From: Macrostomum lignano
Taxonomy: Eukaryota
DNA: 64,000 bases
Direction: 5' to 3'
Assembly (NCBI GenBank): GCA_002269645.1
Contig: NIVC01002694.1
Location: 1 to 64,000, forward strand
Position numbers and translations under genes: made by a program. Below are positions 37,229 to 52,146 of this stretch, piece after piece. How positions within the stretch are numbered: the stretch's first letter is position 1; each line of letters opens with the position of its first letter. The notes beneath the pieces were generated by a model. The model saw only the letters and a list, made by a program, of their open reading frames with translations, did no database searches and was not told where the DNA came from.

Positions 37229-37489
37229 GTTCGAAGGAAAAAGATCTGGACGAGATATAAATTGTCAAAGGGGTTTGTTTGTTTGTTCGTTTGTTTTTTT
37301 GTTTGTTTGTTTTTTGTTTTATAATCTTTATTTTGACGCTTACTAACGAATTCCCCGCACGATACTAAGGAATTCCTTATTAGGTGATTAGAAATTACCA
37401 ATTAGGCGATTAATCAAGAAATTTCCCAACTGAAATACTTGGAAACCTGGACAGAAATTAGAATTTCTAATGAAGAGCAACATTCTATT

Positions 37490-37877
37490 ATAAGAAGCAA
37501 CAATTTCTCAATAGGCAACAAGAATTCCAATCTAAAAGCAAGAATTCCCCAATCGAAGCAAGTATTCCCAATCGGAAACAAGAATTTCCCAATCGCAAAT
37601 GAGAATTCCCCATCGGAACAATAGTTCCCCAGTCGGAAACAAGAATTCCCAATCGAAACAAGAATTCCCTCATCGGAAACAATAGTTCCCCAGTCGAAAA
37701 ACAATAGTTCCCAGTCGGAAACAAGAATTTCCCAATCGGAAACAAGAATTCCTCATCGGAAACAATAGTTCCCCAGTCGGAAACAATAGTTCCCCAGTCG
37801 AAACAAGAATTCCAATCGGAAACAAGAATTCCCTCATCGGAAACAAGAATTCCCCACTCAGAAACAAGAATTCCCTA
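37490..37877. repeat. ~21-bp minisatellite
   Basis: Unit GGAAACAAGAATTCCCCAATC. Confidence 0.88.
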
Positions 37878-37890
37878 AACACATCCGCAG

Positions 37891-38098
37891 ACGCTCGTCC
37901 GTTCCTCTCAATGATTCCGAGAACATTCACCAGCAGCAACAGACTCTGGAGCAGCAGAAGCAGCAGCAGCCACTAAAGCAGAAAGATGCGGATGAAATAG
38001 AAGACGACGAACACTCGTCCAGTTCTGCTGAAGACGAGAGCGGAGCGCAAACCGCAGCTCTGGTCACCGTGCTGGTGGACACGTCTGTTCAAGATTGA
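37891..38098 (+). CDS. Probable terminal exon (cytoplasmic tail) of the second GPCR
   Basis: Acceptor CCGCAG| at 37890; open frame RSSVPLNDSENIHQQQQ...EDDEHSSSSAEDE...DTSVQD*; upstream donor uncertain. Confidence 0.45.
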
Positions 38099-38659
38099 CT
38101 TAACTACGAGCAAAACGAATTAACCAATTGTATCTTTATCGCTGAGTAGCAACCTGCAGTAGCTACTTGGGTAAATTTTGTAAATACATACGTAAGGAGT
38201 TTTAAGTCACAATTTAGACCACTGAATGTCTGAAGTGAAGAATTTTAAAGAACTGAGAAGAATGTAGCAAAAAAGACCCGACTATTTTTATGCTAATTTA
38301 CCATTTACGATATTGAAATATTTAACGAATATTTAGGTTTGTTACCTTAAATACTTAAATAAGTTTGTTGGCACTTTTCAATAGTCTCTTTTAATTCTCT
38401 GCTTACTCTAGACTATAGCTTCAGTTGTTATTTTAGCCCGGTAGTCAACCAAATCTTGCAACCTATCCTAACCTGAAAGAAATTGTAAGAGTTTGGAAGG
38501 CTGTGCATGATGTGTATACTCTTATTTAGATATTTCACGCGTACCAAAAGTAAAAATCGAAATATATGAATACATAATTAGATTGCTTTCCCTACTCTTA
38601 CTAAATCTTATTTACTGTTATTTGATTACAGCCGCGTACTGATTTAAGGATGGGAGAGG

Positions 38660-38935
38660 AAGATAGTATGGGAGAGCGTGCTGTGAGCCAGCCAATGAGA
38701 GCAAGCTGAGAGTTGGAAGGGTAGACGCAGAAGTGTTGATAAGTGGGAAACGAGCGTACAGTGATCCAGCCAATAAGAGCAAGCTGAGGGGTAGAGGTGC
38801 AGAGGGGTTGATAGTGGAGAAGGAACGTGCTGTGAGCCAGCCAATGAGAGAAAGCTGAGGGGTAGAAAAGTAGGCACAGAAATGTTGATAAGTGGGAAAG
38901 AAGTGTACAGTCAGCCAATCAATAAGATACGGCTA
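38660..38935. repeat. Degenerate repeat with recurring AGCCAAT(G/A)AGAGCAAGCTGAG motif
   Basis: Motif near 38690, 38770, 38840 and 38915. Confidence 0.6.
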
Positions 38936-39534
38936 AAGGGTAGACAGTAAAATGAGATGTCGCGAAACGAACAGTGAGCTCAGTAAGCCGGCCCATTAGG
39001 CAGAAACTGTGAAGTGGAATAGAAAATGTAGAAAAAACCCAAATGTAGTAAAATAGAGGACGAAAAAAAGAAAGAAAGTATATAATCTGAACGACATGGG
39101 GAGATCATGAGTTTTTTTACTAGGAGTAGAAACCATTATTAGGGTCGAATCCCACAACGTCAGCTTTGCCCATTGAGTGTACTACTTTTTGTGAAAATCG
39201 ACCAGATGTCCAACACATACAGAGGCACTCTACATTATGGATCGACGCTCATGATGCAGACAACTGTGAGCGTCAGTGACAAATTGCGGTTGCAGTCAGA
39301 ACTCTCGATAGCACTTCACTATCGGCTGAGGGCAATTTTTCTTTTAATCAGAATCCCCTTCAGGCAACAGCTCAAATTTTCGTCCGCGATCGTCATCAAG
39401 CTAAGGGCTCACTGCACATTGAGAGCGGCGACTGTGGCGAGGATAAGAGCGTACTGATTTGAATAAATTATTCAGAATGAAGAGGACACGGCTAGGCTTC
39501 ACTCTCTGTAGTAAGAGTGTTAGAAAGCGAGGCC

Positions 39535-40500
<966 letters not shown>

Positions 40501-41211
40501 CCCGCCATTCTCAGAGTCACATACTTGCTGGGCTGTCAGACGCACTGCTGAATGCATAATCGCGAAAAGGAACTGAGAAGTGTTCTGATAGAGAGATCCA
40601 AGGATATCCGCTGGAATCAAGCGGTTGTCAGCTGCAGTGGAGGAATTTCAAATCTTCTCTGTCACTTGCAATCTACCATTTTTCATAGATTTTCATTACG
40701 AAAAGTGCGCCCAACTGTGCATCAATTTGCTATTGCCACAAGCTGATTTTCGTTGCAATAATGAGGAAAAATTGTAACGAGGAACTGACGTGTTGCATTC
40801 GCAGTCGAGTGCAGCCTGAATTTGAATCAGTTCTAACCCATCTCACCCGAACTGTCCGCTGGGAGAGAAAAGTGTGGCCAATAAAATTAACCGACCCTAG
40901 AAGAGTCTGGATCCCGGAGTGAAATTCAAGTAATATTCGACATCTTAATATTCATATTCATATAGCTATGTGATTCACATTTATAATTCATTCGTGATTA
41001 ATATACATATTTCATATTCGTGCTTCAAATCCATAATTAATATTTGTGATTCATATTCATTGTTCATATTCGTGGTTCATATTCTTTGTTCATATTTGTA
41101 ATTCCTATTTAAGATTCATCATTTCTAGTTAGTTGTCACGGTATACAGTCACAATTCAGAATTCATATCCCTATTCATAACAAACGCATTATATAAATAT
41201 ATTTATTAACA

Positions 41212-43481
41212 AAGGACTGGCCGCCCACTACCGCGAGGTGCTCAACGCGCCCGCTCCAACTGCGCCTCTTCTGCCAATCCCAGACTTCGCTCCAGCCCAG
41301 CCAGGCACCTTCAACACCGGCCCCATCACTGCAGGCGAGGTTGACCGAGCACTGAGTACCATGCGAGCTGATGCTGCCGCTGGGATGGACGCCATCCCTC
41401 CCAGGGTCCTGAAGCTGTGCGAGCTCACCCCGATCATCACCAGCCTGCTGAACAAGCACTGCAGCCTTGGAGGCAACGAGACCACCTCAGCTCCTCAGCA
41501 ATGGCGCACCTCCAAGATTGTCTCCATCCCAAAGAAAGGCGCCTCCACCAGCCTGGACAACCAGCGGGGCATCGCGCTGGAGTGCACAACGCCGAAGCTG
41601 CTGAACGCGATTCTGCGCAACCGCCTCCTGCCCGGCCTCAACCCGCTGCTGCTGAGCCTCCAAAGCGGCTTCCGCCCGGGCAGGTCCACCACTGAGCAGG
41701 TTGCCACCATCCGCTCTGTCATCGAGGCCTGCAAGACCCGCCAGCGCTCCGTGTCAATCATCTTCGTCGACTTTCGCAAGGCGTTTGACTCGGTGTCCAG
41801 GTCTGCGATCGCGTGGCTTTTATCGCATTATGGCGTACCTGCTGTGCTAGTGAGCGCGGTGTTGGACCTCTACCGCGACTCCAGGGTTTTGTCATGTCGA
41901 GCGACGGCCCCACAGAAGAGTTTGGCACCAGCTCAGGCGTTCTTCAGGGCGACACGCTGGCTCCTCTGCTCTTCCTCTTGGTTGTGGACTACGTGCTTCG
42001 TCGGTCCCTCCGCGAGGATGACAGCTACTTGATGGTCTCACGCCGAAGCTCCAGACACCCTGCTGTTTCGCTTCCCGCTCTCGCGTATGCTGACGACATC
42101 GCGCTGCTCTGCCGCGACCCAGCTGCGGCCCAGCGCGCTCTCACAAGGCTCTGCAACGAGGATGCCCGTGTTGGGCTGCTGGTGAACGCTCGCAAGACGA
42201 AGGCGCTGCACGTGGGCACGAATACCGCCCCAGCTCTTACGCTGCCCAATGGAGACCGCATCGCGGTGTGCGAGGTTTTCCGGTACTATCTATCCTCCTC
42301 AGGAACGTTTTTAATTCAGCTGCCAGAGACGACCTGAAGGTGCGCCTGTTCCGCGCGGCCGTCGAGCCGATCCAGCTGTACGGCATGGAGGCTGTGCCGC
42401 TGACCGAGACGCGAGAGCGAGATCTGGACACCAGGCCACAGCAACATCCTCGGCAATGAGCTGGTAGATCAACTCGCCAAGCGGGGTTGCACCCCCGGCG
42501 GAGCGCAACGCCCAGTCAAGTTGCCTTCTCCGAAATCATCAGTCAATCGCGCCATTCAGGAGTGGCTGAACCGCCAGCACCAGGTTCACTGGAACAGCTG
42601 CTCCGAAAATCGGCAAACGCGAATCGCAATGCCTGTCATAAACCGGAAAGTATCCGAATATCTAATCTCCTTAAGTAAAACTGACCTCATGGAGATGTGC
42701 ATGGTCCTCACTGGCCATGGCTTCTTCCAGAGACATATTTCACTGCAAAGTGGTTGCTCCCCCATCTGCCCATTCTGTGATCTAGAGGAGGAAACCTCGA
42801 CGCACCACGTCACTTTCTGCCCGCACTTCAACGAGGCGCGGAGACGTAACCTCGGTCACCCGCTAAGGCTGGACGAGCTCATCACTCCGGACCGGATCCG
42901 TGACCTGCGCGCATTCGTTCGGGATTCTGGGCGGATGAAGATAGCAGACGCCACTCTCGCGAGCTCTTCTGCTGCCGATGAGGGGTGGGCGCAGCCCCAA
43001 GGCTAACACCTTTCTGTTTTTAGCTTGATGTTGCGATAGGGGCCTTGCGGCCTAATCGCGGCGCTCTGCCCCCCGTCGGTAGTAAGTAAGTAAGTAAGAG
43101 CCCTGAGCGCTCTGCCGATCGCTGCTGCGCTACGCGCTAGGCGTGCGCTACCCGGATCGCCTGCCGACCAACGCTCTGATGGCCCGCGCTGGGACGCCGC
43201 CCCTGAGCGATCGGCAGAGCTCAGCAGCACCCTGAGCCAGATGCTTCTGGGCCACTGCCTACGGACCCTGGGTCGCGGCGCGCCCGTCCCGCTGGCCCTG
43301 GCCATGCTGGACCGGCCGACCGAGCAATTCCGCCGCGTCCAGGCCCGCACTGCCACTCTAACGGACTGCCTCATCGCTGACTTTCAGGCGTTTGACCTGA
43401 CCCCTCAAGCTGCTGCTGCCTGCCCCTCCGGCCTGTTCTGCGAACGCGTGCGCGCAAGGGGCCTCCCCTCTGCGTCTTAAA
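41212..43481 (+). mobile_element. 5'-truncated RTE-like LINE, copy 2, with 19-bp TSD
   Basis: TSD ATAAATATATTTATTAACA at 41193-41211 and 43482-43500; RT motifs QSGFRPGRST, IFVDFRKAFDSV, GVLQGDTLAPLLF, LAYADD; interrupted by a nested element. Confidence 0.92.
42431..43098 (+). mobile_element. 3' fragment of an RNase H-bearing (I/LOA-group-like) LINE nested in copy 2
   Basis: In-frame [17 protein letters not shown] (RNase H C-terminus), LTGH...CPFC...H...CP zinc knuckle, stop at 43006, (TAAG)n tail at 43079-43098; host RT resumes at ~43110 (RSLLRYALG). Confidence 0.85.
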
Positions 43482-44169
43482 ATAAATATATTTATTAACA
43501 TATATTTATTAACATATATTTAATCTTGCCAAATAATTTGCTCGAAACTGCAAAGTGTAGAAAAAGTTGCAAGTCGCCACTCGTGAACAGAAATTTCTCG
43601 CTGGCTAACATTATTTTAAAAAAGTGCAACTTCGATGCTATTTGACTGCTATCTATCTCCAACTTCTAGATCTGGCAACCTTCGCCTTTGACTGAACGAA
43701 AATAATATAAAATGAAAAACCCGGTCAAGAAATGACGGAGAGAAGCAATTTGCGAAGAATAAATTCGACGCCTTCCCAGGAAAGGATGGAAAGAGGCACG
43801 CCTGAGCTATCAACTATCATCAGAGTGGTGGGGGCTTTTGCCTGTCTTGAACAGGAAGCCCCAGAATCCCTCGCATCCCATAATTTCATGACCAGCACCT
43901 GATGTTACAAGTGCTGAAGAAATAAATGAGGCAAGGAATTGTTAATTAAAATAAGTGATGGTTTTTACCGCTAAATTAAATAACTTGACGGCTTGATTGA
44001 TGATGGGCTTACCGGGAGTCTGGATAGACAGCCGAATTTCTATATGCTGCATCTTATCTATAAAACGAAAAAATGATTTCTATACGGGACAGCGCCGCCT
44101 TAGCGGTAAACTGCATTACAAATATTGCAAATATAATTGCAAATAATGCAAATTAGTTGAATAAGGCAC

Positions 44170-44427
44170 CAAAGTGGGTGCCTGCAGCGCCAAAATGAGT
44201 GCCTGCGGCGCCAAAATGAGTGCCTGCGGCGCCAAAATGAGTGCCTGCGGCGCCAAAATGGGTGCCTGCGGCGCTAAAATGAGTGCCTGCAGCGCCAAAA
44301 TGAGTGCCTGCAGCGCCAAAATGAGTGTTTGTGGCGCCAAAATGAGTGCCTGTGGCGCCGAGATGAGTGCCTGTGGCGCCGAGATGAGTTCCTGTGGCGC
44401 CGAGATGAGTGCCAGCGGCGCCAAAAA
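44170..44427. repeat. 21-bp minisatellite
   Basis: Unit GCGCCAAAATGAGTGCCTGCG. Confidence 0.93.
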
Positions 44428-45306
44428 TCAGTAATATGAACACCGATTCTTTGTTCTTTGATTTTATTGTGTATGAATCTTGATGCCTTTGTCCCTCCCA
44501 CCAACATAATAACTCATAGATCATGAAATCCAGCACAGACGTCCTCATTCCACACAAAATTTAAGAATGGTTGTTGGATAGCCATGTGATGAAATTTATG
44601 CATGGAATTATAGTGTACATTGGGGAGCACCTGTGGAATAAAAGATAAAATTAATTGCCATTATATTGTATGAGAAAAAGTTTTAGCAGTCAGTAAATTA
44701 TTTTTTATTACTCCTATAGGCCTTAATAGTGGACTTATCATAAATCTAAAATAAAATTTAACTTCAATAGTAACACAAGAGCGGTAAAACAGCCATTGTT
44801 TTTATATTAGATTCCACGTCTATTAGCATCGACCGTGACCAGCTATTTATGCGACCAAAAATCGCATTAGCGGATTTGTTTGATCTTGGCCGCCAAGGGT
44901 TCCATCTAGTTAGCCAATCTAATATGCTATTGAGCAATGCAAAGTAGGTATCTACGTTTCTAGATAAGAGCCTTTTAAAATTGCTGGAAAAACAGACGTA
45001 ATTCTGGGTCAATAAAACATGCTTTTAAAATCATATCGTTTGATTTGTTTATAGTCTGACTGTCTGTCCGGTTCGCTCTCAATTTTTTGACAGGATCGAG
45101 AGACTGACCGAGCCGCCCAGACATCATGCAAATCGATCAGGATACATCAGAACCCGTTCAGCTTGCTCCTAAATGCTTTTTAATCGGCTTCGGAGCTCTG
45201 AGGCTGTTGTTTGAGGAATACTTTTCTCATTTGGATAAAATGCAAGGCATCGTTCAACAAAAGTACGCTAAGAGAGATAGGAGAGACAAAGCCAATAGGG
45301 CGTTGA

Positions 45307-46529
<1,223 letters not shown>

Positions 46530-47911
46530 AGTTGGAGGGCATCAAAAATGTTGCATGCAAGCAGCTGAAAAGAGATCGCTGAAGCATGCAACAGCAATCT
46601 TCTAAGAACCGCGGGGAGAAAAGTTCGGGTTAAGCCAGTTGGTTGCAGAAGAGCCGGGAAGTGGCAGATGTGATGCAGCGGGAGCCAGAGGGAGAGAGGC
46701 ACCTGAGCAGCTGAACTCCGCAATCATCTCCATACAGCTGATTTCGTCAAGTCATGGAGGAAGAGAGTTCAGTTCCGCTTGATGAGAGCTGGGAGATTCC
46801 GCCTCAACGCTATTTGATGGGCGATGATGGGGTTTGAGCTGGGGCAGCCATGCAGATGGCAGCGCATCATCACTCAGTCAGGCAGTCCAAAGGCGTTATC
46901 TCAGCCTCTTGAACGCCGTGACAGGGAGAGAGAGACTTAGTTAATTCCGATAAGCCGTCTGAACATTGATTTCTATATAAATGATTTAGCTACATGTATA
47001 AGTATAAAGGCAGCTATAGTTGTTAATTATTCGCATCGATTCCTGCATGGCAGTTTTATCACCTCGCTAAAGCCGGTAGATAAACGGATTGATATTATGT
47101 ATATTTTCTTCACTGTGCGAATAAATCAAGATGGAAGGCCTCTTATATTCTGGCAATACCTTAATCTGCTAGTTTTATCAATAGATTAATCAACAAAAGA
47201 ATTGATCAAATAACCGAATGCGAAGAGGAAAAAGAGAAACTTTGATAAGAACTCGAGGATGGCCGCCCAAGTACGTCTCATGGCTTGCTGCTTATATTCT
47301 CTGAGGAATATGCTCGCTAGTATTTATTCATGGACTGTGGGAAACGCTAATTAAAATTCTCATTTAGTCACTATCTGCATAGGTTAGACTACATAAAACA
47401 TGTAAATGTGTGCGGCTGTCTGCTAACAGAGGACGGTTAATCATGGACGGCTAAAGTACATGTACGATCGTAGAAAGGACTCCGCGAAGAGGTTTTCTTC
47501 TTTGAACCTTCGGAGCTTTTGAATTTTAAATGAAAGAATTGTACTTTGTTTATATAAAAATTATCGCAAATTAAAACGAAAATTTCTTGCAACCGTCTAA
47601 AAACGATTTTAACCTTAAAGACATGCGCAAAGTGCATTAAATTCAAGATGGAAGACCGAGTATGGTAAGAAGTGTGCGAACGCAAGTGCGGGCCATGCTA
47701 CTTAACAAGTAGCTTTAAAATATTTTTTGCTCAAAAAATAAAAAATATGATGAATGCTTAATAATTCATAGTATATTTATTACAAAATCATAATACTGGT
47801 GAAGAAATTGATCAGATTTTTTAAGCACAGTCTCTGAAATCGGACTCATTCAGAATAATTAAAAGGCTTTCTTAGAAAGACGAATAAACATCAAGTCGTC
47901 AGAATGATCAA

Positions 47912-47968
47912 TCAATTGGTCCATTCCTCCTTCCAGTCGTCTTCAGTCGATTGCCAACTGTCCCGAAG
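47912..47968 (-). CDS. Sorting-nexin-like gene, terminal exon
   Basis: Acceptor TTTTCACAG|CTT, phase 0; LRDSWQSTEDDWKEEWTN*. Confidence 0.55.
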   Translation of the reverse strand, partial: LRDSWQSTEDDWKEEWTN

Positions 47969-48009
47969 CTGTGAAAATCGATTTTTTTACTTTCTGTTTT
48001 ACTTGACTT

Positions 48010-49640
48010 CAGGGTCTGAGGATTCGGATTTCTGGGTCTGAGGATTGGGATTTCTGGGTCTGAGGATTGAGATTTCTGGGTCAGAGGATTGGGATTTCAG
48101 GATCTGAGAATCGGAACTTCAGGATCTGAAGGATCGCGGGACTTCATGGTCTAAGGATCGGGACTTCAGGATCTGAGGATCGGGACTTCGGGATCTGAAG
48201 ATCGGGACTTCAGGTTCTGAGGATTGGTGAGACTTCAGGATCTGAGGATCGGGACTTCGGGATCTGAAGATCGGGACTTCGGGATCTGAAGATCGGGACT
48301 TCAGGGTCTGAGGATTGGTGGGACTCCAGGATCTGAGGATCGGGACTTAAGGATCTAAGGATTGGGACTTCAGGATCTGAGGATCGGGACTCCAGGATCT
48401 GAGGATCGGGACTTCATGGTCTAAGGATCGGGACTTCAGGATCTAAGGATCGAGACTTCAGGGTTTGAGGATTGCTGGGACTTGAGGATCTAAGGATTGA
48501 GACTTAAGGATCTAAGGATCGGGACTTCAGGATCTGAGAATCGGGACTTCGGGATCTGAAGATCGGGACTACAGGGTCTGAGGATTGGTGAGACTTCAGG
48601 ATCTGAGAATCGGGACTTCGGGATCTGAAGATCGGGACTTCAGGGTCTGAGGATTGGTGAGACTTGAGGATCTGAGGATCGGGACTTCGGGATCTGAAGA
48701 TCGGGACTTCAGGGTCTGAGGATCGGGACTTCAGGGTTTGAGGATTGGTGGGACTTCAGGATCTGAGAATCGGGACTTCGGGATCTGAAGATCGGGACTT
48801 CAGGGTCTGAGGATTGGTGAGACTTGAGGATCTGAGGATCGGGACTTCGGGATCTGAAGATCGGGACTTCAGGGTCTGAGGATCGGGACTTCAGGGTTTG
48901 AGGATTGGTGGGACTTCAGGATCTAAGGATCGGGACTTCAAGTTCAGAGGATCGGGACTTCGGGATCTGAAGATCGGGACTTCAGGGTCTGAGGATTGGT
49001 GGGACTCCAGGATCTGAGGATCGGGACTTAAGGATCTAAGGATTGGGACTTCAGGATCTGAGGATCGGGACTCCAGGATCTGAGGATCGGGACTTCATGG
49101 TCTAAGGATCGGGACTTCAGGATCTGAGGATCGGGACTCCAGGATCTGAGGATCGGGACTCCAGGATCTGAGGATCGGGACTTCAGGATCTGAGGATTGG
49201 GACTTCAGGATCTCAGGATCGAGACTTCAGGGTTTGAGGATTGGTGGGACTTCAGGATCTAAGGATCGGGACTTCAAGTTCTGAGGATCGGGACTTCGGG
49301 ATCTGAAGATCGGGACTTCAGGGTCTGAGGATTGGTGAGACTTCAGGATCTGAGGATCGGGACTTAAGGATCTAAGGATTGGGACTTCAGGATCTGAGGA
49401 TCGGGACTCCAGGATCTGAGGATCGGGACTTCAGGATCTGAGGATTGGGACTTCAGGATCTCAGGATCGAGACTTCAGGGTTTGAGGATTGGTGGGACTT
49501 CAGGATCTAAGGATCGGGACTTCAGGTTCTGAGGATCGGGACTTCGGGATCTGAAGATTGGGACTTCAGGGTCTGAGGATTGGTGAGACTTCAGGATCTG
49601 AGGATCGGGACTTCAGGATCTGAGGATTGGGACTTCAGGA
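48010..49640. repeat. 22-bp minisatellite filling an intron (~1.6 kb)
   Basis: Unit GGATCTGAGGATCGGGACTTCA. Confidence 0.96.
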
Positions 49641-49779
49641 TTCAGAGAATTTAAAACTTCAGGATCAGGACGATTTATGACTGCAGAGTGACTCTCTCAA
49701 GTCAAGGATAGAAGTTTCGAGACTTGAATTATTAGTTTTAAATTTAAACAAACAAGCTAAAAACAAAAAGATCACTCAC

Positions 49780-49971
49780 AAACAGATTCCCCTGCAGCTG
49801 CACTCCAACCACCTGAAGCAGCAGCTGCCGCAGCTGCCAGCCTCCCAGAGCATTGATGGGGCCGCTCTCCAGTCGTAATCGGTCGCGCACAAGTCGCAGT
49901 GCAGCCGTCTTTGCAGACCCTCCACTCAAGCTAGCGGTCGCGGCAGTTGAGGTCAGACGATCGTGAAGACG
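49780..49971 (-). CDS. Sorting-nexin-like gene, internal exon (helical, BAR-like)
   Basis: Acceptor TTTTTCCCAG|CGT, donor TTT|GTGAGT; 192 nt, phase 0-0, open frame. Confidence 0.65.
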
Positions 49972-50084
49972 CTGGGAAAAATGTTTGGAACAAGTTTTTT
50001 TAATTGGCTGTCACTGTCGACAGTCCAGGATATCCAATTTCAATATAGATATCCCATTCTCTGTAGTCAAAATATTCCCGATTC

Positions 50085-50645
50085 TCTCTCCCTACCCTAG
50101 ATATTCCACTCTCCCTACCCTAGATATTCCACTCTCCCTACTCTAGATAGTCCACTTTCCCTACCCTAGATATTCCACTCTCCCTACCCTAGATATTCCA
50201 CTCTCCCTACCCTAGATATTCCACTCTCCCTACCCTAGACATCCCACTCTCCCTACCCTAGATATTCCACTCTCCCTACCCTAGATATTCCACTCTCCCT
50301 ACCCTAGACATCCCACTCTCCCTACCCTAGATATTCCACTCTCCCTACCCTAGATATTCCACTCTCCCTACCCTAGACATCCCCACTATCCCTACCATAG
50401 ACACCCCACTCTCCCTACCCTAGATATTCCACTCTCCCTACCCTAGACATCCCCACTATCCCTACCATAGACAAACCACTCTCCCTACCCTAGATATTCT
50501 ACTCTCCCTACCCTAGACATCCCCACTATCACTACCATAGACACCCCACTCTCCCCACCCTAGATATTCCACTCTCCCTACCCTAGACATCCCACTCTCC
50601 CTACCCTAGACATCCTATTCTCTCTACCCTAGACATCCCAATCTC
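50085..50645. repeat. 23-bp intronic minisatellite
   Basis: Unit CTAGATATTCCACTCTCCCTACC. Confidence 0.92.
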
Positions 50646-50647
50646 AC

Positions 50648-51076
50648 CAGATATCCCACCAGCATCATCTGCAGACAGTCTATGGACTGACTGGCCAACC
50701 ACTCAGCTTCGCATCTCTCCGACGTCTCGTCAGCCGCTCTCAGCAGAGCTCCATCATCAACCGCGAGTGCGTCTCCTTCAATCAAGCTACTAGCAGCAGA
50801 CAATTTGGGAGGCAACTTTTCGGCGATACATCGAATAGCGCCGGCGGCAGCAAGAGCGGCTTCGCGATGTCGGTCCAAGCAGGTTCGAATTTCAACCAGA
50901 ATTTTCAACCTGCCTGTGATCGCCTCGCGCTGACTGGAAATCCAGGACTCGATGCTGGCGTCGCCGTCTTCATCAGAGAAGGATGATCGAGTGGCAGTTG
51001 CTGAGGTGAAGTCAATGGAATCTCTATCCCAACCACCAGCGGCTGTCCGAGCCTGATTAACAGCTTTGGCATAGTT
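50648..51076 (-). CDS. Sorting-nexin-like gene, internal exon (helical, BAR-like)
   Basis: Acceptor ATGCAG|AAC, phase 0; donor CTG|GTGAGA (alternative GTGGGA 12 nt earlier); amphipathic helical sequence. Confidence 0.65.
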
Positions 51077-51271
51077 CTGCATAGGTGATGACGGATATGT
51101 AAAAAATATTGGTACAATAGGTATGTAGATTGGTAGATAGATCGGTAGATAGGTAGATAGATAGGTCAATAGGTACGTAGACAGGTAGAGTTAGTTATCC
51201 TAGATAGTCCCATGAAATCCGATAGTCTCAGATCCTCAGAGGTAGGTAGGTAAATAGATAGGTAGCAGGAG

Positions 51272-51620
51272 TTAGACAGGATAGTGTCACTTGATATACA
51301 AGTGTCACCTGTTAGACAGGATAGTGTCACCTGTTAGACAGGATAGTGTCACCTGTTAGACAGGATAGTGTCACCTGTTAGACAGGACAGTGTCACCTGT
51401 TAGACAGGATAGTGTCATCTGTTAGACAGGATAGTTTCACCTGTTAGACAGGATAGTGTCACCTGTTAGACAGTATAGTGTCACCTGTTAGACAGGACAG
51501 TGTCACCTGTTAGACAGGATAGTGTCACCTGTTAGACAGGATAGTGTCACCTGTTAGACAGGATAGTGTCACCTGTTAGACAGGATAGTGTCACCTGTTA
51601 GACAGGATAGTGTCTCCTGT
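51272..51620 (-). repeat. 22-bp minisatellite, family A (copy 3, inverted, intronic)
   Basis: GTTAGACAGGATAGTGTCACCT is the reverse complement of the family A unit. Confidence 0.95.
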
Positions 51621-51787
51621 TGGGTAAGTAAGTAGGTACGTCAGGCAGGTAAGTCGATAGGCAGGTAGACAGATGGGTAGATAGATCTGATAGATCGATA
51701 GATACAGACACAGAGATAGGTGGGTGGATACTAGATAGATATCCCATACCGCACACCCCTAGGCAATTAAAAAATAGGAGCGTCAAC

Positions 51788-52146
51788 CCGCGCCTCATTT
51801 CCGTTGCAGTGCATCAGAAAGTGCTCCAGCTCGGCATCCTGACCCAGCACCGGGTGCCGCCGCAGCGCGGTCAAGTAGTCTTGAAGGCCGGCCTCCCGCT
51901 CCTCCAGAAACAGCCGCCGCTGCCGCCGCTGCCTCATCGCCAGGCCGCTGGCGCCCGGCAGAGTCGGCAGCTCCGGCCGGCCACGCGTTGGCAGCTCCGG
52001 GATCAGCCAGTGAGGCCGACGCTGCACCAGCGATTCGTGCAGTCGACGAAAATCGCTGTAGCGTCTAACAACGCCTTCGGTGGTGGAGTGGCCGCAGCGA
52101 ATCGAATAAACCCGGTGGCTGAACAGCGGGAGGCCTCGCGACTCGT
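51788..52146 (-). CDS. PX (phox homology) domain exon of a sorting-nexin-like gene
   Basis: VYSIRC...VVRRYSDFRRLHESLVQRRPHWLIPELP...FLEEREAGLQDYLTALRRHPVLGQDAELEHFL is a PX signature. Acceptor TTCTAG|AC (phase 1); weak donor CGG|GTTGAC, phase 0. Confidence 0.85.

Noticed and set aside
46754-46837. PLDESWEIPPQR resembling the start of a tyrosine-kinase domain
   Set aside because: Stop after 27 codons, no glycine-rich loop and no downstream kinase exons.
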